From an uncultured Spirochaetota bacterium (lineage in GTDB: Bacteria; Spirochaetota; Spirochaetia; SZUA-6; Fen-1364), in contig CAVTHO010000006.1 of assembly GCA_963734545.1 (NCBI GenBank), positions 96,001 through 160,000 of the forward strand: 64,000 nucleotides of DNA, read 5' to 3'. The notes under the pieces are model-generated. The model was not told the origin of the DNA and did no database searches. It saw only the letters and a program-made list of their open reading frames with translations. Positions 43,482-54,453 of the stretch are shown piece after piece; the stretch's first letter is position 1, and each line of letters opens with the position of its first letter. A program made the translations under genes and the position numbers.

Positions 43482-44003
43482 TCGCCGGGGCTTCTCCGAT
43501 GCGAGCCAGTCGACCATGCCCTTTGCAAAGAAGGGCAGGTCGGCCGGCGTTCTCGAGCTGACGAGGTTGCCGTCCACGACCAGCGGCTCATCCACCCAGA
43601 GGGCACCCGCGTTCACCATATCGTCGCGGATGCCCACCGTGCTCGTGGCGCGCTTTCCGCGCAGGATCCCGGCGGATATCAGGACCCAACCGGCGTGGCA
43701 GATGAAGCCGATGAGCTTGCCCGCCGCGTGCATGTCACGCACGAGGGCCAGCAGCCGCGGGTCGCGCCGCATCTTGTCCGGCGCGAATCCACCCGGCACG
43801 AGGAGCGCGTCAAACTCCGGCCCGTGAAGATCGGCGAAGGCCGCATCGGTCCTGCAGGGGTAGCCGTGCTTGCCCGCGTAGACCTTTCCCGATTCAGGTC
43901 CGGCCACGACGACCTTCCACCCCTCTTCCTCCATGCGGATGCGCGGGTACCATAGCTCCAGATCCTCGTAGATATCGTCCACAACCGCGGCAATTCGTTT
44001 CAT
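43479..44003 (-). CDS. PfpI/DJ-1 family (type 1 glutamine amidotransferase-like) protein
   Basis: YEDLELWYP, VPGGFAPD, ICHAGW, SRTPADL. Confidence 0.93.
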   Translation of the reverse strand: MKRIAAVVDDIYEDLELWYPRIRMEEEGWKVVVAGPESGKVYAGKHGYPCRTDAAFADLHGPEFDALLVPGGFAPDKMRRDPRLLALVRDMHAAGKLIGFICHAGWVLISAGILRGKRATSTVGIRDDMVNAGALWVDEPLVVDGNLVSSRTPADLPFFAKGMVDWLASEKPRR

Positions 44004-44073
44004 CTCTTTTCACCCCTGCTTGAAGGTAGCTCCCGTGAGGCTTGCTCGTCGACGGGCAAGCTGGTCCAGCCTG

Positions 44074-44233
44074 TGTTCCAAAGTTGCACGACGGTATGTT
44101 CCATTTTTGAACAGCAGCGGTCATTTGCCCGGCGCAGGGAGAGCAGGTTTTATCATTTAGTTTCATTTCCTCCATTTTCATCATATTCTTTCGGGTTTTC
44201 CCATCCTCGTAAAGGCGTTGGCACGCGACTTGC
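44074..44233 (+). promoter_or_regulatory. sigma54 promoter (TGGCAC-N5-TTGC, 44219-44233) with two upstream TGTTCC-N5 enhancer-like sites (44074, 44097)
   Basis: Consensus -24/-12; TGTTCCAAAGTTGCACG and TGTTCCATTTTTGAACA; AT-rich spacer. Confidence 0.8.
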
Positions 44234-44305
44234 TTAAATCATGCAGAAAGTAGTGCTGTTCGCGCTTGCCGTGAGCAGGCGCATCATTTTTGCAGGGGGA
44301 AGAAC

Positions 44306-44881
44306 ATGAAAGCGTATCGTAACATGATTGCTGTAGCCATCTTTTTTGTTTTCATGGCTGCAGGGCTCGCGGCGGCCCAGGACAAGACCGTGCCGAAGAG
44401 CCTGGTCAAGTTTGCAAATGAAACACTGACCAGCATAGGCAAGGATGCACAACTCGTGTCATTCGTGTCCAAGGACAACGCAAATCCCGTCAACGTGGAA
44501 AAGCTCAGGGCGCTGGATAAGAGATGGCAGGCAAACGATAACATGGAAGACTTCATGAAAGCGCTCCTGGGAAACCCGGTCTCTGCCCGGCTGCAAAAGC
44601 AGATCGCGGCCCACAAGTACATACCCGAGGCGTTCATCATGAACGCGCAGGGAACGATCATCGGGGAGACCAACCAGACCTCCACGTACTGGAAGGGCGA
44701 GCAGGAGAAGTTCACGGCCGCCTACAATGGCGGGACCGGAGCGGTCTGGTTCGGCAAGCTCGACTATGACGAAAGCACAAAGACGAACGGGGTCCAGATT
44801 TCAGTGCCCGTGATGAAGGGCGGAAAGGCGATAGGAGCCATCTGTTTCACGATCAACGTGGACGAGTGGGAAAAGCGCTGA
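44306..44881 (+). CDS. Standalone periplasmic PDC/Cache-like sensor protein
   Basis: Signal peptide; EAFIMNAQG...[12 protein letters not shown]...YDEST...[15 protein letters not shown]. Confidence 0.7.
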   Translation: MKAYRNMIAVAIFFVFMAAGLAAAQDKTVPKSLVKFANETLTSIGKDAQLVSFVSKDNANPVNVEKLRALDKRWQANDNMEDFMKALLGNPVSARLQKQIAAHKYIPEAFIMNAQGTIIGETNQTSTYWKGEQEKFTAAYNGGTGAVWFGKLDYDESTKTNGVQISVPVMKGGKAIGAICFTINVDEWEKR

Positions 44882-44903
44882 TCGGCGCGCCAAGGAGCTG
44901 AAC

Positions 44904-47072
44904 ATGTTGAATCTGAAAAGGATGCGTATTGGCACGCGGCTTTCCCTGCTGATCACCGGGGTCACCATCGTGGCAGTTGGCGCGATGGTGACCGGGATCG
45001 CCCTGCGGGTGGGCAGCTTTGCCCGGCAGAACGCGATCGAGATCGCCACACAGACCGCCAGCGCCCGGGGGACCGAGGTGAAAAACAACCTCGAGAACGC
45101 CCTCGGCGAGGCGAGGAGCCTCGCGAAGGTTTTCGAAGGGGCCTCGGTTGTGGCGAACGCGGGCATCTCGCGGCGCCAGGCCAACTCCCTCCTGCAGTAC
45201 TTCGTGGAGAAGAGCCCGGAGTTCTTCGCCGCGTACGTGGCATACGAGCCCAATGCGTACGACGGAAAGGATGAGAACTTCGTGGACGAGTGGGGTCACG
45301 ACGCGACGGGTCGATTCATTCCCTACTGGACACGTGATGACAAAGGGGCGGGCTCCGTTGTGCCGCTCAGCGGCTATGACACGGAGGGAGTCGGGGACTA
45401 CTACATGATGCCGAAGAAGGTCCAGCGGGAAGCCATAATCGATCCCCGCCCGGATACGCACCTTGTGTCCCTCGTCGTGCCGATGTTCAACGCGAAAAAG
45501 GCGTTCCTGGGGATTACCGGCATAGATATCACGCTGGATCGGATCCACAAGCTCGTCGCGGAGACGGTTCTCTACAAGACGGGCTTTCTTACCCTCTATT
45601 CGGCGAACGGGAACGTGGCGGCCGCAAAAGACGCGGCCCTTGTCGGCAAGACCGCGGCTGAGACCGGCGCGAACAAGATCCTGCTGGAAAAGCTGGGATC
45701 AATCAACTCATTTGTCTTTGAAAGGGCAGGGACCGGCGGGCGCCCGCTGCTGACGATCGGAGTGCCATTTGAAATCGGCGCCACAAAGACCCGTTGGACC
45801 GTCGTTGCCGACATCCCCATGGCAGAAGTGCTCGGACCGGTCACTCTGATCATAGTCCTCATCGGCCTGGTCGGCCTGGGGGGGATCGCTCTCGTCATCA
45901 TCGTGGTGCTGCTGATCTCCCGATCGATCTCGAACCCCCTCATCAAGGGGGTCGGCTTTGCCCGGCAGATCGCGGAGGGCAACTTGACGAGCACCCTGGA
46001 TGTGAACCGCGGAGACGAGATCGGGGAGCTTGCCGCAGCGCTCAATGAGATGAGCGCCAATCTGAAAGACATGACCCGCCAGATCCAGGACGGCGCCAGC
46101 CAGCTTGCCTCGAGCGCCGAGGAGCTGTCCGCTAATGCCCAGCACCTGTCTGAAGGCGCGCAGAGCCAGGCCTCCACGCTCGAAGAGACCTCCGCTGCCG
46201 TCGAAGAGCTCGCCTCCTCGGTGGAGCAGGTGGCGCAGCACGCTCAGTCCCAGTCCGCCACGGCGACAGAGACATCAGGCCGGATGGAGCAGATGCTCAG
46301 CTCGTTCGGCGAATTCTCCCTGACATTGGAAAAGGTCGCAGCCAGCGCAGGAGGCTCGGTGGACAGGGCGCAGCAGGGCGCCGCCTCTGTGAAGCAGGCT
46401 GTCGAGGCCATCAAGGATATCGCCGAGAGCTCCGAAAAGATCGCCGGGATCGTGGACGTGATCTCCGACATCGCGGATCAGACCAACCTTCTCGCCTTGA
46501 ACGCCGCGATCGAGGCGGCACGGGCGGGCGAGCACGGCCGTGGATTCGCGGTCGTGGCCGACGAGGTGAGCAAGCTTGCCGAGCGCAGCGCGCACTCCAC
46601 CCGGGAGATCGATTCGTTGATAAAGGCGACCCTCGCCCAGGTGAAGCAGGGTGTCGAGCTCGCGGAAGGCTCCGGCGTATCGATGGCAGAAATCATCACG
46701 GGGACCCTGACCGCGTCCCGGATGGTCACGGAGCTGAAAAAATCCATGGAGCAGCAGGCAGGCGCGGTCAAGGAGATCGGCCAGTCGGTCAGGAATCTCA
46801 ATGAAATGAGCCAGGGAATCAGCGCGGCCACCGAGGAGCAGAACACCAATTCCCGGCAGGTGGGCAAGGCCATCGAGAGCGTGAACGACATCACGCAGCA
46901 GGCGGCCTCATCCGCGCAGCAGATGGCCTCCTCGACGGAGGAGCTTGCGGCCATGGCGCAGCAGCTCCAGGTTCTCGTGCAGAGATTCAAGCTCGATCAT
47001 CAGGGTGCAGACGAGGCGGACAGGGAAGAGACGCCGCCGAACCTGACGGCCGAGGTGAAGGCAATCGCATAG
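44904..47072 (+). CDS. Methyl-accepting chemotaxis protein (TM-dCache-TM-HAMP-MA)
   Basis: [17 protein letters not shown]; [40 protein letters not shown]. Confidence 0.96.
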   Translation: MLNLKRMRIGTRLSLLITGVTIVAVGAMVTGIALRVGSFARQNAIEIATQTASARGTEVKNNLENALGEARSLAKVFEGASVVANAGISRRQANSLLQYFVEKSPEFFAAYVAYEPNAYDGKDENFVDEWGHDATGRFIPYWTRDDKGAGSVVPLSGYDTEGVGDYYMMPKKVQREAIIDPRPDTHLVSLVVPMFNAKKAFLGITGIDITLDRIHKLVAETVLYKTGFLTLYSANGNVAAAKDAALVGKTAAETGANKILLEKLGSINSFVFERAGTGGRPLLTIGVPFEIGATKTRWTVVADIPMAEVLGPVTLIIVLIGLVGLGGIALVIIVVLLISRSISNPLIKGVGFARQIAEGNLTSTLDVNRGDEIGELAAALNEMSANLKDMTRQIQDGASQLASSAEELSANAQHLSEGAQSQASTLEETSAAVEELASSVEQVAQHAQSQSATATETSGRMEQMLSSFGEFSLTLEKVAASAGGSVDRAQQGAASVKQAVEAIKDIAESSEKIAGIVDVISDIADQTNLLALNAAIEAARAGEHGRGFAVVADEVSKLAERSAHSTREIDSLIKATLAQVKQGVELAEGSGVSMAEIITGTLTASRMVTELKKSMEQQAGAVKEIGQSVRNLNEMSQGISAATEEQNTNSRQVGKAIESVNDITQQAASSAQQMASSTEELAAMAQQLQVLVQRFKLDHQGADEADREETPPNLTAEVKAIA

Positions 47073-47082
47073 CAGGTTTTTC

Positions 47083-47120
47083 AGGGACCCGGGTTCCCCC
47101 GCGACCCGGGTCCCTTTTTT
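47083..47120 (+). terminator. Intrinsic terminator
   Basis: AGGGACCCGGGT...ACCCGGGTCCCT followed by a T run. Confidence 0.9.
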
Positions 47121-47217
47121 GTCGCTGTCCTCCCTTTGCCGGACGTCCCCGTAGGCAGGGACGCCGAGCGTAAAGTCATCCTCTGGCCTTTTTTGCCTTC
47201 ATGGTGCATACTTTCCG

Positions 47218-47607
47218 GTGGTGAAAAAGATCCTGGCGGTCGAGGACGACACGATCATCATGAACCTGATCGTCATTCTTCTCGAACGGGCAGGCTATGA
47301 GGTCATTCAGGCGGCCTCGGCGGAAGAGGGCATTGCTCTGGCAAAGAGCCGCAGACCCGACCTCATCCTCATGGACGTTGCGCTGCCCGGCCTGGACGGC
47401 CTGGAAGCCACCCGGCTTCTGAAGAGCGAGGATGGCACGCGGGGCATACCCGTGATCGCCCTCACCGCCCAGGCAATGAAAGAAGACATCGACAACGCGT
47501 ATCGCGCCGGATGCAACGGCTTCATCGTGAAGCCGATCTCCACCGTCGGCTTCCTGGAACAGGTCGCCCGTTTCCTCGCGGAGGGAAGGCGGCCGGAGAA
47601 CGGGTGA
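47218..47607 (+). CDS. Single-domain response regulator (DivK-like)
   Basis: VEDD, LILMDVALPGLDG, ALTAQA, KP. Confidence 0.92.
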   Translation: MVKKILAVEDDTIIMNLIVILLERAGYEVIQAASAEEGIALAKSRRPDLILMDVALPGLDGLEATRLLKSEDGTRGIPVIALTAQAMKEDIDNAYRAGCNGFIVKPISTVGFLEQVARFLAEGRRPENG

Positions 47608-47613
47608 AAGGCG

Positions 47614-49014
47614 ATGCCGCGCAGTCACCGCATCCTGGTCGTTGATGACGACCCGACAATCCGCAAGTTTCTCCGGGACCTCCTGGAGGCGAACAATCAC
47701 GAGGTGGACGAGGCGGCGGACACCCGTTCCGCCACGCAGATGCTCAAGGGCCGCGAATACGTTCTCGTTCTCACCGACCTGATGCTTCCGGACGGCGACG
47801 GCCTGGAGGTGCTGCGCGCCGCGCGCGCCAGACCTTACAACCCCGAGGTCCTCGTCATCACCGCCTACGGGACCATAGATTCCGCGGTCGAAGCGGTCCG
47901 CGGAGGCGCCTTCGACTATCTGACCAAGCCCATCGCGACACAGAAGCTCCTGCTGACGGTGGACAGGGCCATCGAACGGCGCACGCTGAAGGACGAGGTG
48001 AGCAACCTGCGCCGCGCGGTCGGGGAACGCTACTCCCCGCAGAGCCTGGTGGCGGTCAGCCCCGCCATGCGCCGGGTCCTGGACCTGGTGGACGTTGTGG
48101 CCGCCGCGGACTCGGGCATCCTGATCCAGGGAGAGAGCGGCACCGGCAAGGAGGTCATCGCGCGGGCCATCCATTTCCGCGGCGCGCGCGCGGCGCGGCC
48201 ATTCATCGCCATCAACTGCGCGGCGCTCCCCGAGGCGCTCCTGGAGAGCGAGCTCTTCGGCTATGCCAAGGGAGCGTTTACCGGCGCAGCCACCGAAAGA
48301 AAAGGCCTCTTCGAAGAGGCGGACGGGGGCACCCTTCTGCTGGACGAGATCGGCGACATGCCGCTGCTCCTCCAGGGGAAGCTTCTCCGCGTTCTGCAGG
48401 AAGGGGAGATCAGGCGCGTGGGGAGCGCGTCGGTGGGCCGGGTGGACGTGCGCATCCTCGCCTCGTCGAACAGGGACCTGCAGGCGCTCATCGGGGAGGG
48501 GAAGTTCCGCGAGGACCTCTTCTACCGTTTGAACGTGATCCCGCTGATCATTCCGCCATTGCGCGAGCGCCGCGAGGACATCGTTCCGCTGTGCCGGCAT
48601 TTCATGACGGTCTACGCGGAGAAGCTGGGAAGAGCGCCGCAGACGCTCTCTCCCGAGGCCGTGGAGATCATCACCCAGCACGACTGGCCGGGCAATGTGC
48701 GGGAGCTGGAAAATGTGATGGTGCGCGCCGTCACTTTGACCGCGTCACCCGAGATTTCCGCCGACGAGTTTCGCAAGATATACTCGCTGGGCGGCGCGCG
48801 GGCCTCTGGCCTTCATGCCTCCAACGGCGCCCCTTCGGCAGATCGGACAGGTGATACGGCGGGCCGCACCATGCAGAGCGCGGAAAAGGAGATGATCCTC
48901 CGGGCCCTGCAGGCCGCGGATGGGAACCAGACAAAGGCTGCGCAGGCGCTCGACATGGGGAGGAACACCCTCTGGCGGAAGATGAAGAAGTACGGCATCG
49001 ACAGCCGAGGGTGA
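47614..49014 (+). CDS. sigma54-dependent response regulator (NtrC family REC-AAA+-Fis HTH)
   Basis: GESGTGKE, ESELFG, GAFTGA, LLDEIG, WPGNVREL, C-terminal HTH. Confidence 0.96.
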   Translation: MPRSHRILVVDDDPTIRKFLRDLLEANNHEVDEAADTRSATQMLKGREYVLVLTDLMLPDGDGLEVLRAARARPYNPEVLVITAYGTIDSAVEAVRGGAFDYLTKPIATQKLLLTVDRAIERRTLKDEVSNLRRAVGERYSPQSLVAVSPAMRRVLDLVDVVAAADSGILIQGESGTGKEVIARAIHFRGARAARPFIAINCAALPEALLESELFGYAKGAFTGAATERKGLFEEADGGTLLLDEIGDMPLLLQGKLLRVLQEGEIRRVGSASVGRVDVRILASSNRDLQALIGEGKFREDLFYRLNVIPLIIPPLRERREDIVPLCRHFMTVYAEKLGRAPQTLSPEAVEIITQHDWPGNVRELENVMVRAVTLTASPEISADEFRKIYSLGGARASGLHASNGAPSADRTGDTAGRTMQSAEKEMILRALQAADGNQTKAAQALDMGRNTLWRKMKKYGIDSRG

Positions 49015-49182
49015 TGTTCCAACACTGTTCCACCATGGGAACACCTGTTCCGTTCTGAGACGTTCTGCGGGGTCGGATTGCGGCGCACAGTCTGCATGAG
49101 ACGTCAAAAACCATGCTTTTGCTCGGCTTTCTCCATGAAGACGGCCAATTTGCCACTGCCCGTACATTGGCACGGCGCTTGC
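49015..49182 (+). promoter_or_regulatory. sigma54 promoter (49168-49182) with upstream TGTTCC enhancer-like sites (49026, 49046)
   Basis: TGGCAC-GGCGC-TTGC; TGTTCCACCATGGGAACA palindrome and TGTTCCGTTCTGAGACG. Confidence 0.8.
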
Positions 49183-49228
49183 TACTCAATAGCGGCACAT
49201 TTCTACAATTACGGGAGGAGAGCTCGAC

Positions 49229-49592
49229 ATGGGAAAAAGAGTCTTGGTGGTCGATGATGCGAACTTCATGCGCATGATCGTCAGAGACACGCTGACACCC
49301 AACGGATTCGAGATCGCGGGCGAGGCGACGAACGGGGCCGAGGCAGTGGCCAAGTACAAGCAGCTCAAGCCCGATCTGGTGACCATGGATATCACCATGA
49401 AGGTGAAGGACGGGCTCCAGGCCGCGCGCGAGATCCTCGCCGCGGATCCGAACGCGCGGATCATCATGGTGACGGCGCTGGGGCAGGAGAAGATGCTTCT
49501 GGACTCGATCTGCCCTTGGCGTGAGGGATTTCGTCGTGAAACCGTTCACCAAGGAGCGTATCATCTCTGCCGTTGAAAAAGCGCTTCGCTAG
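49229..49592 (+). CDS. cheY: CheY-type response regulator (frameshift near 49510)
   Basis: VVDDANFMR, TMDITM, VTALGQ; shifted-frame DFVVKPF. Confidence 0.88.
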
Positions 49593-49615
49593 ATCGATCA
49601 TAGAAAGGAACCATC

Positions 49616-50140
49616 ATGACAAAGATCAACGCCAAGCACGTCAACCCGTTCGTCGAAGCCGCCATGCGCGTGGTGACCCAGGTTGCCGGCATCGAGGTCC
49701 GGCGCGGACACCTGTCCTACAAGCTGAAGGTGGAGCCCTCCTTCGGCGTGTCCATCATCATCGGGATCTACGGCTTTCTCACCGGGCAGATCGTCTACAG
49801 CCTTGACGGCACGCTGGCGGAGCGCCTGGTGGACAAGATGCTGGAGGGGAAGTCTCCCCAGGAAAAGAAGATCATGTTCCTGGATGCGCTGGGAGAAGTG
49901 GCCAACATGATCACGGGCAACGCCACCGCGCTGCTGAACCAGAGACGCGACCAGATCCTGAACATCACCACGCCTGCCATCGCGGCCGGCACCAACCTGA
50001 GCATTCATCTCATCCCCAAGCCCGCGCTGGTCCTCGGCCTGATCACGCAGTACGGGCCGATCGAGATCAGCATCGCCGTGGAGGAAAAAGAGACGCTCCA
50101 GGAGACCAGCTCGGTGGAAGGCACGCTCTCCGAGACATGA
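49616..50140 (+). CDS. cheX: CheX phosphatase
   Basis: HVNPFVEA, GEVANMITGNA (ExxN), ITTP. Confidence 0.88.
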   Translation: MTKINAKHVNPFVEAAMRVVTQVAGIEVRRGHLSYKLKVEPSFGVSIIIGIYGFLTGQIVYSLDGTLAERLVDKMLEGKSPQEKKIMFLDALGEVANMITGNATALLNQRRDQILNITTPAIAAGTNLSIHLIPKPALVLGLITQYGPIEISIAVEEKETLQETSSVEGTLSET

Positions 50141-50178
50141 TGCGGCAGGCCGCGTAGAGACAGGACGGAGACATCTGC

Positions 50179-53108
50179 ATGGAAGTCAAGCCCGAGTATC
50201 TGGCGATTTTCAGTGAAGAAGCGAGCGACCAGCTCGGGAGTGGGAGGAATGCCTCCTGGCCCTCGAGAAGAACCACGAGGACACGGAGCAGCTGAACGGC
50301 ATGTTCCGCGCCATCCACACCCTGAAGGGTTCCGCGGGGTTCATCGGATTCGATGTCTTGCAGAAGGTGGGCCACGCCCTCGAATCCTCGCTGTCCGAGG
50401 TGCGGGAAGGACGGCGGGAGTACGATCCCTCGCTGGGCGACATTCTCTTCCGGGGGCTCGACCTCTGCAAGTCCATCATCAATGCCTTCACGAACGGCAG
50501 AGAGCCGGACGTGGATGTCGAGGGATTCCTGAGCGGGCTCAGCCGCCTCGATGAAGCGAGCGTACCCGCGCCGCCGCGCGACGCCGCGCCTGCTCCCCGC
50601 CGTGGCGGCAAACACGGCGGGAAGGCCGCCGCAAAGCGGAAGGCGTCCGCCTCCCCGCCCTCTGATTCTCCCGCTTCCGAAGAGCCTGCGCCGGCCCCCG
50701 TGCCGCGGCGCGGGGCCGCTCACGACCTGCCGCATCGAGGTGCGCATCGACGGGCGATTCCCGTGAAGCGTACCTGCGGTCATTCCTCGTCAAAGCGCGG
50801 CTGGAGCGCATGGGCACGATCCAGGGCACCGATCCGTCGCCGGAGACCCTCAAGGACGCGGACAGCCCCTTTGTCTATGTCGTGACTCTGGATACCCGCG
50901 AGGCGCCTGACTCCCTGCCTGCCGCGATCTGTTTCGACCAGGTATCCGTCGCGCTTGTCGGGCCGGAAGATGAAGCGCCGGACGCAAATGGCTCGGCGGT
51001 GCGCCGCCTCCTGCCTCCGCCGTCAAGGATGCGCACGAGCAGTTCCTGCAGAGCGCGAGACCCGACGAGGTGGTGCGCGTGTCCGTGCAGAAGCTGGACA
51101 CTCTTCTGAACCTCGTCGGCGAGCTGGTCATCTACAACTCGGGATTCGTCGCCACCACCCAGCAGCTTCGCGAGCAGTACGGAAAGACCCGCTTCATCTT
51201 CGACCTGGAGGAAAAGACAGAAGCCCTCTCCGCGATCACCCGCGAGCTGCAGGACGGCATCATGAAGGCGCGGATGCTCCCCATCGCCAACGTCTTCAAC
51301 CGCTTCCGCCGGGTCGTGCGGGACCTGGCAAAGAGGAGCGGCAAGGCGGTCTTCCTGGACGTGGTCGGTGAAGAGACGGAGATCGACAAGAAGGTGATCG
51401 ACCGGATCGGCGAGCCGCTCGTGCACCTCGTGCGCAATGCCGTCGATCACGGGCTCGGAGACTGCCGCGCAGCGCGTGGCCGCTGGGCAAGAGCGCCGAG
51501 GGGACGATCCGCCTGGGCGCCTACCAGGAGGGAGATCACATCTGCATCGAGGTGGCGGACGACGGCCGCGGCCTGGACAAGGAGGCGATACTCAGGAAGG
51601 CCCTGGAGAAGGGCCTGATCAGCCGGGAGGAAGCGCCCTCGGCGAGCGCGGAGCGCATTCTCGGCTTCATTTTCCTGCCGGGGTTCAGCACGGCGCGCAT
51701 CGTCTCCGACATCTCGGGCCGCGGGGTCGGCATGGACGCGGTGAAGCGCGCGGTGGACGAGATGAGCGGCAGCCTTCGGGTACGCTCCACGCCGGGCGCG
51801 GGCACCACGGTGACCATCACCCTTCCCCTCACAATGGCCATCGTCACGGCGGTGCTCGTCGAGGTGGCGGGCTCCACCTATGCCATTCCGCTCTCCGCGG
51901 TGCGCGAGATCGTGAAAACCAACGACTCGATACTGAAGACCGTCGGGAACGCGCCGGGTCATGCTCCTGCGCAACGAAGTCCTCGCTCTCGTCAACCTCG
52001 GCAGCGCGCTCGAGGATGAGCGGGCCGAACGGTCCGAGGAGCTCCAGGCGGGATACCCGATCGTGGTGGTGGACTTCGAGGGCAAGAAGATCGGCCTGGA
52101 GGTGGAGAAGATCCACGGCACCCGGGAGGTCGTCATCAAGAGTCTGAGCCGCCACTTACCGCGAGGTGGAGGGCCTCATCGGCGCCTCCATCCTCGGCAA
52201 CGGAAAAATCGCGCTGATCGTGGACGTGGAGACGCTCATCGGCCTTCATCACCACGACGGCCAGCGGAATAGCGGCCGGCAGGGCAGCGGGCATATTCGA
52301 GGAGGCTGCCGCGGCATACGTGCCGCCCGCGCCGCATGCGATGGCCGCAGCGGCGAGGCCCCCGCGTCGAACGAGACCCGCCCCGCTTCCGAAGAGCGTC
52401 CCGCCGGTCGAGCCGGCCGAAGATCCAGCAGACGGAACAATCCATTGCAGGAGCTTGCCCGCATCGTGGCCGGGGAAAAGGGAAAGCTCCTGGAAGAAGT
52501 GCACAACGCGGGGGCCATCCAGGCCTCCATTTCCCTCTCCCAGTTCACGGGCAAGGAAATCCGGGTGAGTTTCCCCGAGTCACGCATGGTGGCCATCAAG
52601 GACGTGGCCGAGCTCCTGGGGGGCGAGGAATCCACCGTGGGGGGTATCTACGTCGGGGTCAGCGGCGAGCTGATCGGGGGCATCCTGCTGGTCATCCCGG
52701 AGAAGAACCTGCTGAAGATCGACGACATGCTGCACGGCCGCCCGGTCGGGACCGCCCGACAGGTGGCGGAGGTCGACGTCTCGGCGATGTCCGAGCTGGG
52801 AAACATCCTTGCCTGCTGCTTCATCAATGCCATCGCCGATTCGGACAACATCGGGGCGAACGCCGAGGTGCCCGAGATGAGCATCGACATGTGCCTGCCG
52901 GTCATCGACTCGGTGCTGGCACGGTTCAATCAGCCCGGCGACAGCCTCCTCCTCACGGAGGCCGTCGATCTACGGCGGAGGCATGGACGACGTGGTGTGC
53001 CACCAGCTCCTGTTCATGGAGCCGGATTCACTGCGTCGGCTCATGGATACGCTCTCGGGAAAGAGTGCGGTCCCTCACCTGCCGCCGCAGGGCTCAGAGG
53101 CCCTGTGA
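50179..53108 (+). CDS. cheA: CheA histidine kinase with apparent C-terminal CheC domain (several frameshifts)
   Basis: P1 FRAIHTLKG, P3 KLDTLLNLVGELVI, P4 HLVRNAVDHG/SGRGVGMD, P5 GASILGNG; same frame continues to CheC motifs EEVHN and SELGN. Confidence 0.85.
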
Positions 53109-53109
53109 G

Positions 53110-53598
53110 ATGGCAGCCAACACCGTCAACGTGAAGATGGCCGAGATGGACGTGGTGACCGACGGGCGCAGTCTGAAGACCATCCTCGGCTCGTGCGTCG
53201 GGGTCATTCTCTGCGATCCCGTCCGGCGCGTGAGCGGGCTGGCGCACGTGATGCTGCCCAACAGGCACAGCGGAGACGCCTCCACCGGCAAGTACGCCGA
53301 CACGGCGATCCCCGCGCTTCTCTCCCGGCTCACCGAGAGCGGCGGGCGCCGGGGCTCCCTGCAGGCATTCCTGATCGGCGGCGCGCAGATGTTCCCCATG
53401 GGAAACATCAGGATCGCCTCGATTGGAGACCAGAACGTGGAGGCCGCGCGCAGGATCCTCACGGAGAGCAAGATCCCCATTGTGTTCCAGGATACGGGAG
53501 GAAAAGCGGGCCGTACCGTGCTGTTCGACAACGCGACCGGCCAGGTGTCCGTGCGGACCCTGCAGGCCATCGAGGGCAGAGGAGAATCCACGAAATGA
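53110..53598 (+). CDS. cheD: Chemoreceptor glutamine deamidase CheD
   Basis: TILGSCVG, LAHVMLP, KYADTAI, GGAQMF, DTGG..GR. Confidence 0.93.
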   Translation: MAANTVNVKMAEMDVVTDGRSLKTILGSCVGVILCDPVRRVSGLAHVMLPNRHSGDASTGKYADTAIPALLSRLTESGGRRGSLQAFLIGGAQMFPMGNIRIASIGDQNVEAARRILTESKIPIVFQDTGGKAGRTVLFDNATGQVSVRTLQAIEGRGESTK

Positions 53599-54453
53599 CA
53601 CCCGCGCCCGCTGTTGCGCTGCCCACGCTCGACCCAGGAGACATTCGACAAGTTCCGCGCGTTGATCTACGAAAAAACCGGCATCCACATGCGGGAAGGC
53701 AAGCAGATCCTGGTTTCCAACCGGCTGCGCAAGCGCGTCTCCCTGCTGCACCTCGCCAGCTACGAGGAGTACTACGCGCTGCTCACCTCGGGAAAGCAGG
53801 CCGAGAAAGAGATGCCGCATTTCATCGACGCGGTGAGCACCAACGAGACCTATTTCTTCCGCGAGGAAAAACATTTCACGGCGCTTTCCCGCATCATTCT
53901 CCCGGAGCTTTTCCGGACGGAAAAGCGGGTGCGGATCTGGAGCGCCGGCTGCTCCACGGGAGAAGAGGTCTACACGCTCCGCATCGTGGCGGATGAAGCC
54001 GCGGAGGCGGCGGGCGCCGCCGACGTACAGATCGTGGGGACGGACATCAGCACGACGGTGATCGCCCGCGCGCGGGAAGGGATCTATCACGAACGGGCCC
54101 TCCGCCTCGTTCCCGCCGCGCTGCTCGCGCGGTGTTTCGTTCCCGCGGGTGAGGGCGCCTACCAGGTGCGCCCCGAGATCCGCGCCCGGGTCGATTTCAC
54201 GGTGCACAATCTCTTCCAGGATCCCCCGCCGGCGGACCGCATCAATGTCATCTTCTGCCGCAACGTCATGATCTATTTCGACAAGCAGACGCAGGCGACC
54301 CTGGTGGACGGTGTTTTTGCCCGGGCGATCCATCCCGACGGGTACCTCTTCATCGGGCATTCGGAGTCGATCAGCGGGTTCAGCAAGCGCTTCCGCTATG
54401 CCGCCATCCTCAAGGCGCCGATCTATCGTCCCAAGGGGGAGGGAACGCCGTGA
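53595..54453 (+). CDS. cheR: Chemotaxis methyltransferase CheR (N-terminal frameshift)
   Basis: TNETYFFRE, WSAGCSTGEE, IFCRNVMIYFD, GHSES. Confidence 0.95.

Noticed and set aside
44004-44305. Possible c-di-GMP riboswitch upstream of the receptor operon
   Set aside because: No GEMM-I or class II consensus was recognisable; the region is explained by enhancer sites and a sigma54 promoter.
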